From assembly GCF_000017845.1 (NCBI RefSeq), contig NC_010546.1:2190001-2222000 (forward strand): a DNA stretch of 32,000 nucleotides, written 5' to 3'. The stretch's first letter is position 1, and the number at the start of each line of letters is the position of its first letter. The translations under genes were made by a program, and so were the position numbers. Origin of the DNA: Crocosphaera subtropica ATCC 51142. GTDB taxonomy: Bacteria; Cyanobacteriota; Cyanobacteriia; Cyanobacteriales; Microcystaceae. The notes beneath the pieces were generated by a model. That model did no database searches. It saw nothing but the letters and a program-made list of their open reading frames with translations, and was not told where the DNA came from. Below are positions 1-7,737 of this stretch, piece by piece.

Positions 1-501
1 ATTGATTCTTTATCTAATATTTTACCGAAATGGTATAACTGGGCTAAAACAGCAAGTTCTTTACCAATTTTGAAAGAAGCAAGTTATCCCTTTCCTGATG
101 TGACTTTAAAGTTTTTAGGCATTATTGTTCAGAATTTTAGAATTATTCGTGGTAAAGAAACCGTTGCTTTTGAAAAGTGGATTATTAAAATTCAAGAAGA
201 TGTTTATAATAAATTAGTTCCTATTTTACAAAAACATAATATGATGTTTCCCGAAACTATTTATCATGAGCAAGGAATGAATGATAGTTATTGCTTAACT
301 AAAATTGCTAATTTCAACAGCTTAATTGCTCTATCTCAAGAGCATAGAACGCCAATTTACGATTTAACTTCACAACAATTAGGACAAGGAGGTGTAGTAT
401 TACAAAAAAGTCAACAAAAACAAGAAGAATTTAGAGAAACTTTTTCAGAATTAGCGGATAAAATAATTAATTTAACGTCAGCTTATGCAGTCAGCCATTG
501 A
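1..501 (+). CDS. hypothetical protein, 5'-truncated by window edge; upstream partner of the HEPN gene
   Basis: Frame 1 is open from nt 1 (IDSLSNILPKWYNWAKTASSLPI...) into the listed 70..501 ORF, so the TTG at 70 is probably internal. TGA at 499-501. The next gene's ATG (485) overlaps by 17 nt, suggesting translational coupling. No family recognised. Confidence 0.5.
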   Translation: MDSLSNILPKWYNWAKTASSLPILKEASYPFPDVTLKFLGIIVQNFRIIRGKETVAFEKWIIKIQEDVYNKLVPILQKHNMMFPETIYHEQGMNDSYCLTKIANFNSLIALSQEHRTPIYDLTSQQLGQGGVVLQKSQQKQEEFRETFSELADKIINLTSAYAVSH

Positions 502-1234
502 TCAATTTAGAATTAGTATCCAAAGGGTTAGGGATCTAATTTCACTGCATAATTCGATTAAAGTTCAATCAACCTCTGCGCTGGATTTATCGGATATATT
601 AAGAGCAGCTTTAGTATTAACAGTAAGTGCATTAGATTACTATATTCATGAAGTGGTTGTATTGGGAATGTTAGAAATTTATCGAGGACAACGGAGTGAA
701 CCTAACCCCTCTCGTAATACCTCTAAATCAGCTTTTTCTCGCTTCAAAGTGTCTTTAGGTGGAGCAAGTCAAGAGAGACAAATAGCTTTAGATATTGCCA
801 ACTGGTTAGAAACGGAAATTCAAAAAAACTATGGCTCTGAATTTCTCCAACAATCTTATAATCTTTCTCAGTTATTACCTATGATATCTAATAGTATGAT
901 TAATAGACTGAATAATACCAGTTGGTTAGAAGCTGAAATTAGAGAAACGTTAAGCTATCAAAGTTTTCAGCAACCTGATAAAATTGCTGATGCGATTCGA
1001 TTAATTTCTGATAAAAAGTTATGGGACGAAGTAGGAAATAATATGAATAAACCAGCAAAAGATATTAAACAACAACTCACTTTAATTGTTGATCGTAGAA
1101 ATAAAATTGCTCATGAAGCAGATATTGATCCAACTTATAATATAGGAAATCGTTGGCCCATTGATGAAATTTTAGTCAGTGAAACCGTTGATTTTATCGA
1201 GGAAGTGGTTGAAAATATCCATCAAATTTTATAA
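485..1234 (+). CDS. HEPN-domain protein (putative RNase; resembles the MAE_28990/MAE_18760-type HEPN family)
   Basis: 249-aa ORF with the canonical HEPN motif R-N-x3-H (DRRNKIAHE, RNKIAH = nt 1097-1114) near the C-terminus. Family assignment is from memory only. Followed by a perfect hairpin at 1240-1259. Confidence 0.65.
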   Translation: MQSAIDQFRISIQRVRDLISLHNSIKVQSTSALDLSDILRAALVLTVSALDYYIHEVVVLGMLEIYRGQRSEPNPSRNTSKSAFSRFKVSLGGASQERQIALDIANWLETEIQKNYGSEFLQQSYNLSQLLPMISNSMINRLNNTSWLEAEIRETLSYQSFQQPDKIADAIRLISDKKLWDEVGNNMNKPAKDIKQQLTLIVDRRNKIAHEADIDPTYNIGNRWPIDEILVSETVDFIEEVVENIHQIL

Positions 1235-1239
1235 ATAAA

Positions 1240-1259
1240 GGGTCAACAACCGTTGACCC
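1240..1259. terminator. bidirectional hairpin between convergent HEPN gene and eno
   Basis: GGGTCAAC-aacc-GTTGACCC: perfect 8-bp stem with a 4-nt loop, placed between the two stop codons (1234 and 1271). No long T-run on either side. Confidence 0.45.
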
Positions 1260-1270
1260 CTACATGAAAA

Positions 1271-2563
<1,293 letters not shown>

Positions 2564-2592
2564 TTAATTAACTCCAAGTGAGAGAAATTTGT

Positions 2593-3363
2593 CTATTCTG
2601 CGAGATTGATGCCGACAATACGACGGTTATCATCAAATATGAAAAAAAACTTTCTAATTCCTTTCTGGAATTTAGCTTCCACCACCACCAAATCAACAGC
2701 ATTAACCCCAGACCCCGGACGGACTTCTATGCTTTCTATGCGTTCAAACAGTCCGTTTTCCCGTTGAATATTCTGCCAAGCGGTTTGGAGTCGGTTGGGC
2801 AAAATTTCACTTTTTAGGGAAGGATGTAAATAGCCTCTGGCCCTTGCGAAGTCATTAACTGCTACGGAATTAACCATTATTTGGGCGATTTCTTCAATGG
2901 AGGCTACATTAGGAAAGTCAACGCCGACAATTTCCCCTTGTTGGTTAAAGGTAATAACAAAATCGTCGGTTTTATCCTCAAAGGCAGTTTCCACTACAAC
3001 AATATTAGCGTTAACACTAGGGATGACACGATAACTAACAATTTCTTTAACTGGTCCTGTTACCTCAATTAAATTACTCCAAATTTCCCCAATTTGATCG
3101 CTGGTTAATTGAACCGCTAAGTCACGGTTTAATAGGGTTCTGGCTTGATTGTAATCCTCTTGGGTTAAGAGTTGCATCATCTGGGCGGCTTTTTCTTTTA
3201 ACCCTTCTTCATCCACTTGTTTAGAAGATTGAACCAACTTGACAGGGGGAGGAGGGGTTAACTTGACTTGTGCGATCACTGGTAATTGACCAATACCGGT
3301 GACTAGAGTGACGACTAATAGGGGTAGTCCGTTCTGTTTTAGGGATGTTAAAGACCAGTTCAT
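2593..3363 (-). CDS. secreted protein with two tandem DUF3887-like modules
   Basis: 256-aa ORF with an N-terminal hydrophobic signal-like segment (LPLLVVTLVTGIGQLPVIAQ). Two similar ~95-aa modules follow (DYNQARTLLNRDLAVQLTSDQIGEIWSNL... and DFARARGYLHPSLKSEILPNRLQTAWQNI...). The DUF3887 label is from memory. Its stop lies 32 nt upstream of the eno start, so co-transcription is possible. Confidence 0.7.
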   Translation of the reverse strand: MNWSLTSLKQNGLPLLVVTLVTGIGQLPVIAQVKLTPPPPVKLVQSSKQVDEEGLKEKAAQMMQLLTQEDYNQARTLLNRDLAVQLTSDQIGEIWSNLIEVTGPVKEIVSYRVIPSVNANIVVVETAFEDKTDDFVITFNQQGEIVGVDFPNVASIEEIAQIMVNSVAVNDFARARGYLHPSLKSEILPNRLQTAWQNIQRENGLFERIESIEVRPGSGVNAVDLVVVEAKFQKGIRKFFFIFDDNRRIVGINLAE

Positions 3364-3534
3364 GTAGCTTGTTTACTCCTCAACCATTCAGTTTGATATT
3401 TGCTGGCGTGGAAACCCCCTGTCTATTTTACGGGGAATTGTCCTTAAGTTCTAGAACGAAAACTACTTTATCTAGGTTCCTTAACAAACATCAATTTGAT
3501 CCGAAAATCTTAATCTTCCCTTGGTTTGGGTTTA

Positions 3535-3634
3535 AACTGCATAAGCTTTTTTTTTTGCCACTATCACTAAACAACCAGTTCAATAAAAAAACAACTGCAT
3601 AAGCTTTTAGAACTGACCACTATCACTAAACAAC
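3535..3634 (+). repeat. two-copy imperfect direct repeat (41-42 nt, 58-nt period) upstream of the Q/N-rich gene
   Basis: Copy 1 is 3535-3575 and copy 2 is 3593-3634. They share AACTGCATAAGCTTTT (16/16) and CCACTATCACTAAACAAC (18/18), separated by different cores (TTTTTTG vs AGAACTGA). Copy 2 ends 24 nt before the ATG at 3659. Confidence 0.8.
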
Positions 3635-3658
3635 AATCAACAAACGAGGTAATTTACC

Positions 3659-4117
3659 ATGTCTTTCATCAAAAAATCTGCTGCTGCTACCGTTGTTATT
3701 CTTTCTTCTTTAATGACTTTTTCTCCTGCTGTTAAGGCTGATAATACCGCTATCAATGGACAGTATAGTGAACAAACTGGGGCTGCTGTTGGTATTGGTA
3801 ACCGTGTTAATAATACCATGCGTCAAAGCTCTTTTCAAGGACAACGGAGTTCTTTTGGTTCTGGTAATAATGCAGCTTCTTCTACTATGTTTGGTTCTCA
3901 AACTGGGGTGGCTGATGGTATTGGTAATCGTGTCGGAAATCGCATGGGTCAATATAATAATCAACAACAAAATACCCGTTTTGGTTCTGGTAATAATGTT
4001 GGGATTTCTGAAATAGGAAGCGGTCAAACTGGGGCTGCGATCGGTGGTTTCAACTCAGTGGGTAACTCAGGGTTTCAATACAACAATCAACGTCAAGGTA
4101 ACACTTTCGGATTCTAA
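3659..4117 (+). CDS. secreted G/N/Q-rich repeat protein (curlin-like / amyloid-like repeats)
   Basis: 152-aa ORF with a signal peptide (AAATVVILSSLMTFSPAVKA|D). The mature part has three repeats of the pattern QTGxAxGIGNRVxNxMxQ...FGSGNN, plus segments GQYNNQQQN and FQYNNQRQGN. GAGG lies 10 nt upstream of the ATG. A strong terminator follows. Confidence 0.78.
   Translation: MSFIKKSAAATVVILSSLMTFSPAVKADNTAINGQYSEQTGAAVGIGNRVNNTMRQSSFQGQRSSFGSGNNAASSTMFGSQTGVADGIGNRVGNRMGQYNNQQQNTRFGSGNNVGISEIGSGQTGAAIGGFNSVGNSGFQYNNQRQGNTFGF
3773..4114 (+). repeat. three in-frame 126-nt (42-aa) coding repeats, the last truncated
   Basis: CAAACTGGGG(C/T)(T/G)GC... restarts at 3773, 3899 and 4025, an exact 126-nt period. 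It encodes QTGAAVGIGNRV / QTGVADGIGNRV / QTGAAIGGFNSV. Confidence 0.85.
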
Positions 4118-4124
4118 TTTCCTA

Positions 4125-4167
4125 AGCAGGGATCTGAGCCATACTGTTATAAGTCCCTGCTTTTTTT
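4125..4167 (+). terminator. rho-independent terminator of the Q/N-rich gene
   Basis: AGCAGGGA (4125-4132) pairs with TCCCTGCT (4154-4161), and the right arm runs into a T7 tract (4161-4167). Located 8 nt after the stop codon. Confidence 0.8.
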
Positions 4168-4199
4168 CTCATTTTAGTTCATTTTAGAAAGTTAAAATC

Positions 4200-4607
4200 A
4201 TGAAATCTATTCCATTCTTATTTCTATCTTTTGCTGTTTTCTTAATTCCTCTATCTATCAATCATCAACCTGCTGATGCAAGTTGTGCCATGACAGATGT
4301 TTCTTTTCAAGTAGCTATTAGAGGATCATCTACAGCAGCACAACAAAGCAATAATGTGGGAATGACAACCACAGGAGACTGTTGGGGAAATGCGACTACA
4401 AACACATCTACCCAAGTTTATACTGGTTCAGGAACGGTTCAACAAGATCGTAATAGTTCTCATTTTGTAGGGGGAAGTCAACCTTTCCCCTACGGAGTAA
4501 CTGGCCCAGTTGTCGGTACACAAATTACTGTTCCAGTTGATATTTATAGTCCAGCACATGACTCTACTTTTATGAATCATACTATGGGATCTGGCGTTTC
4601 TTTTTAA
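4200..4607 (+). CDS. small secreted S/T/Q/N/G-rich protein, unknown function
   Basis: 135-aa ORF with a clear signal peptide (IPFLFLSFAVFLIPLSINHQPADA|S) and 2 Cys in the mature part. A hairpin TAGGGTTT...AAACCCTA (4633-4659) lies downstream. No family recognised. Confidence 0.6.
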   Translation: MKSIPFLFLSFAVFLIPLSINHQPADASCAMTDVSFQVAIRGSSTAAQQSNNVGMTTTGDCWGNATTNTSTQVYTGSGTVQQDRNSSHFVGGSQPFPYGVTGPVVGTQITVPVDIYSPAHDSTFMNHTMGSGVSF

Positions 4608-4719
4608 AAGAACATTGAACGACAACAATTTTTAGGGTTTGCCTTAGTGTTAAACCCTAGATAATTCAAAACAATTTCTGTCTAATTTCATCTTTTTTAT
4701 CGTTAGTGAGAATAATTTT

Positions 4720-5127
4720 ATGTCTTTTCTTCGTTCATCTTTTATCTCTTTAACTTGTCTCGTTTCTTTGAGCAGTTATCACCCCATCATGGCACAAGAA
4801 TATGAATCATGGGTCGGTAATTTTGAGCCTGAGAAACATTGTAATGTTTATGAAGTTCATAATCAAAGACACGGAGCAGAATATGATAATCGGGCAACGG
4901 TTAATGATACAATAATTACTGAGTCTGAACATAGCAATAATCAAGTATCAGGAGCAAATACGGGTTCTCAATCTCAATCCGTTGATTTAGTTCGACAGCA
5001 AGATTGTTCTACGGTAATTCAATCAGAAGCGCATCGTTATGGAATCTATCACCAAACCCAAACAACTCGTTATATTCATGATACTCAAACTAGGCAAAAT
5101 TTCTTAGGGAATCTCTTAGCTTGGTAA
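4720..5127 (+). CDS. small secreted Q/T/H-rich protein, unknown function
   Basis: 135-aa ORF with an N-terminal hydrophobic segment (FISLTCLVSLSSYHPIMA|QE). It is the same size as the preceding gene and is followed by a hairpin at 5163-5194. No family recognised. Confidence 0.5.
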   Translation: MSFLRSSFISLTCLVSLSSYHPIMAQEYESWVGNFEPEKHCNVYEVHNQRHGAEYDNRATVNDTIITESEHSNNQVSGANTGSQSQSVDLVRQQDCSTVIQSEAHRYGIYHQTQTTRYIHDTQTRQNFLGNLLAW

Positions 5128-5162
5128 GGATAATATTCAGGCTAAAATTGTTTATTGATTGT

Positions 5163-5194
5163 AGGATTAAGGCATTAATATTTATCTTAATCCT
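5163..5194 (+). terminator. hairpin terminator candidate after 4720..5127
   Basis: AGGATTAAG (5163-5171) pairs with CTTAATCCT (5186-5194): a 9-bp stem and 14-nt loop, followed by T-rich sequence (tcccttctatttattc). Confidence 0.5.
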
Positions 5195-5260
5195 TCCCTT
5201 CTATTTATTCTCATTTTAGTTTTGAATTGAATTATATTACAACAGCAAACTATTAATACT

Positions 5261-6676
5261 ATGGATCAATTAACATCTTATTGGCAACTTTATCAGGTTC
5301 GATCCAATGGTACAGAATACAAGAAGAAGATAGAAGCAGCAGAAAAATGGCTGAAAGATAGTTATGATTTAACTCAGTGGACTCAAGAAAAAATACTCAA
5401 TAATTTACTTAATATTTTCAAGAATACTGCATTAGATAACTTATTAGATAACTTAATCGAAAAGGGTAAATCCGGACTTTGTTTAAGATGTTATATTTCT
5501 GAATATATTGTAACAGCTTGTAAAAAAAGAGCTAGTTTATTTAGTAGTAGTCAAGGGGTGACTTATCAAGCTTTACTACCCTTTGTATTAGATGATGATG
5601 GTAAGTCTTTAATTATTATTGATCAAGAAGATAAACAGCAACTAGAAATAACAGATAATGGAAAATTCTTACCTAAATCTAATAATTTGTTTACTGTTGA
5701 AGTGATCAATAGTTATAAAAATAGTTCTGACAATCAAACAAAACTTAGTTTAAGGAATTGGACTTATTTAAAAACAAAACAAAATAAAAAGATTGTTGAT
5801 TTTTTAGCAGAGTTTGGCTTTAGTAATGTAACAGATTGGTCTTTACTAAATCGAGTTAAAAAATATGAATTACAACAATTAACTGAACAAGAACAGTCAA
5901 TTATTAAAGTGTATGCAGAGGTGTATAAACGTGATCGCCGTCAAAATCAATACATATTACGCAGTAAATGTCAACCTCCTTCCGTTGAACAATTACAAGA
6001 AATGATCAATAAATTGAACGTTGAAAAAATCCAAAAACCTCATACTTTACTGAATGAATTAAAACGTATTGCTAAACAACTACGCCGAGTTGTAGTCTCT
6101 TTAGATAGTAGTCTAATGGATAAAGAAGGAGAGACTACAACCTTAGAAGTTCCCTATCATGATGTACCCATCGAAGAGAAAGAAAAATTAGAAATTTTCA
6201 ATCAAATTCAAGATAATTTAATGCACTGTTTTCAAACGAATATAGGCAAAGTAGTGCAAAATACGATACAAAAATTACAAAAGAGTAAGAGTTATTCTCT
6301 CTATGCTTCTCAGTATATATATGTCCTGAAAAGCTTTTATCAAGAAGGAAAAAGTATCAGTAATATTGCTAAAGAGATAGGAATTGAACAGTATAAAGCA
6401 AGTCGAATATTTAGCCCAAAAAACTTATTAAAAGAAGTTCGTAAACAAACCGTAGATGATTTAATAAACGCTATTCTAAAATTAATAAAAGAGAGAAAAC
6501 TTATCACTGAACCTTTTGATCATAATTACTTAACCCTATTAACAGAAACCGTTGAACAATATGCAGATAAAGAAATTTTCGCCGAAGCTTCAGCGCAAAT
6601 TATGACCAGTACCAACAACAATTATGAAAATTTATACACTCAAACCCTAATAGAATACTTAACCCAAAATAGCTAA
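5261..6676 (+). CDS. sigma-70-like / HTH protein of the type found next to DUF1822 genes
   Basis: 471-aa ORF. Segments LCLRCYISEYIVTACKKRASLF and NVTDWSLLNRVKK match motifs I recall from cyanobacterial 'sigma-70 family' proteins encoded upstream of DUF1822. The C-terminus has a region-4-like HTH (QEGKSISNIAKEIGIEQYKASRIF). Assignment is by memory, not by search. Confidence 0.7.
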   Translation: MDQLTSYWQLYQVRSNGTEYKKKIEAAEKWLKDSYDLTQWTQEKILNNLLNIFKNTALDNLLDNLIEKGKSGLCLRCYISEYIVTACKKRASLFSSSQGVTYQALLPFVLDDDGKSLIIIDQEDKQQLEITDNGKFLPKSNNLFTVEVINSYKNSSDNQTKLSLRNWTYLKTKQNKKIVDFLAEFGFSNVTDWSLLNRVKKYELQQLTEQEQSIIKVYAEVYKRDRRQNQYILRSKCQPPSVEQLQEMINKLNVEKIQKPHTLLNELKRIAKQLRRVVVSLDSSLMDKEGETTTLEVPYHDVPIEEKEKLEIFNQIQDNLMHCFQTNIGKVVQNTIQKLQKSKSYSLYASQYIYVLKSFYQEGKSISNIAKEIGIEQYKASRIFSPKNLLKEVRKQTVDDLINAILKLIKERKLITEPFDHNYLTLLTETVEQYADKEIFAEASAQIMTSTNNNYENLYTQTLIEYLTQNS

Positions 6677-6707
6677 TATAATTAACTTAATTTAGTGGAG
6701 AAATATC

Positions 6708-7733
6708 ATGACAAATAGACTTATGGAAACCAGTGACTTTCGTTTATTAATACCCGAAGAAATTTGGCTAGAACAAGAAGATTATGATCTTGCCAAACAA
6801 TTAAGTGAAATTGAAGGAACGGAAGACAAAAAATGGCAAGCGTATATCAATTTATTAGGGATGTTTGCTTTAGAAAAATGGCTAAAAGAAAATATTTATA
6901 CTCAAGACATACAGCGCATAATTGATAGGATTGATACTTACGGATATCTACAACGAAAAGGGTTTAAATTTTGTCTTATAACTCAAGAAGATTTTTTACA
7001 AGAAGGAATGATTGTTCCTAGAGAATTAATTTATAACTCTGATCATACTGCTCATTTTTATGTGGCAATGGAGGTGTTAGAAGAGGAAGAAATAGCGATT
7101 ATTAGGGGATTTATTTCTTATGATAAACTATCTCAATTATCATTACCAACGATTGAAGATAATAATTATTGGTTATTTTTGGATTATTTAGATCCCGAAC
7201 CTAATCATCTCTTAATGACGTACAAATATCTTGAACCCAGTACCATTATCTTACCTCAAAATATAGTTAATCAAGTGCAAGAAAATGTACAAGAAGCAAT
7301 TATAAATTTAAGTAATTGGTTAGAGGGTATGTTAGAGGAAAGTTGGCAAAATTTAGAACAATTAATAAATACGGATGCAGGTTTAAATTTTGCTACTCGT
7401 AGTCTATCAGAAGAAAAGAAAGTCGGTAAATTTATCCGATTACAAATGGAATTCGACGAACAAATTTTTGTTTTATTATTAACCATTTCTCCCACAGCAG
7501 AAGATAAACTAAGAATTCAAGTTCAATTGTATCCAACCAATAACCAAACCTATTTATCTTCTGAAATTAAGTTAAGAATGTACTCAAAATCAGGAAAATT
7601 AGTTAAAGAAGTCATAGCGGGAAAACAGGATAATTATATTCAGTTACCTCCTTTTTCTGCATCCAAAGATAGACAATTTAAAATTGAAGTTAATCTCAAC
7701 AATGCTTCTATTACTGAGACATTTCGAGTGTAA
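6708..7733 (+). CDS. DUF1822 family protein
   Basis: 341-aa ORF. The N-terminus has WQAYINLLGMFALEKWLKE. The C-terminal ~100 aa end in QDNYIQLPPFSASKDRQFKIEVNLNNASITETFRV, matching my recollection of DUF1822. A GGAG SD lies at 6697-6700, 7 nt before the ATG, and the gap to the upstream gene is 31 nt. Confidence 0.78.
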   Translation: MTNRLMETSDFRLLIPEEIWLEQEDYDLAKQLSEIEGTEDKKWQAYINLLGMFALEKWLKENIYTQDIQRIIDRIDTYGYLQRKGFKFCLITQEDFLQEGMIVPRELIYNSDHTAHFYVAMEVLEEEEIAIIRGFISYDKLSQLSLPTIEDNNYWLFLDYLDPEPNHLLMTYKYLEPSTIILPQNIVNQVQENVQEAIINLSNWLEGMLEESWQNLEQLINTDAGLNFATRSLSEEKKVGKFIRLQMEFDEQIFVLLLTISPTAEDKLRIQVQLYPTNNQTYLSSEIKLRMYSKSGKLVKEVIAGKQDNYIQLPPFSASKDRQFKIEVNLNNASITETFRV

Positions 7734-7737
7734 AAAG

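Noticed and set aside
2578-3602. ORFs 2578..2817 (+), 2881..3072 (+) and 3345..3602 (+)
   Set aside because: The first two are antisense to the well-supported 2593..3363 gene. The third runs through the intergenic leader containing the direct repeats, has no SD, and gives an implausible peptide.
3535-3634. Possible CRISPR array
   Set aside because: There are only two repeat copies with a ~17-nt spacer, no further units and no cas genes. The repeat cores also differ between the two copies.
3637-4027. ORFs 3637..3819 (-), 3710..4027 (-) and 3756..4016 (+) overlapping the G/N/Q repeat gene
   Set aside because: Repetitive, stop-poor sequence produces open frames in several phases. Only 3659..4117 has an SD, a signal peptide, a coherent repeat structure and a terminator.
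4168-5221. Shared 12-mer CTCATTTTAGTT upstream of two starts (4168-4179 before ATG 4200; 5210-5221 before ATG 5261), considered as a common regulatory motif
   Set aside because: In a 32-kb AT-rich window, many 12-mer coincidences are expected by chance: roughly N^2/2 divided by 4^12, which is tens of pairs. The distances to the start codons also differ (21 vs 40 nt).
7684-7737. 18-codon upstream extension of the CHAT-STAND ORF (MKLISTMLLLLRHFECKK)
   Set aside because: It overlaps the 3' end of the DUF1822 gene by 50 nt. The ATG at 7738 sits 4 nt after that gene's stop and begins the MILIINFGKG... N-terminus, which looks like the native start.
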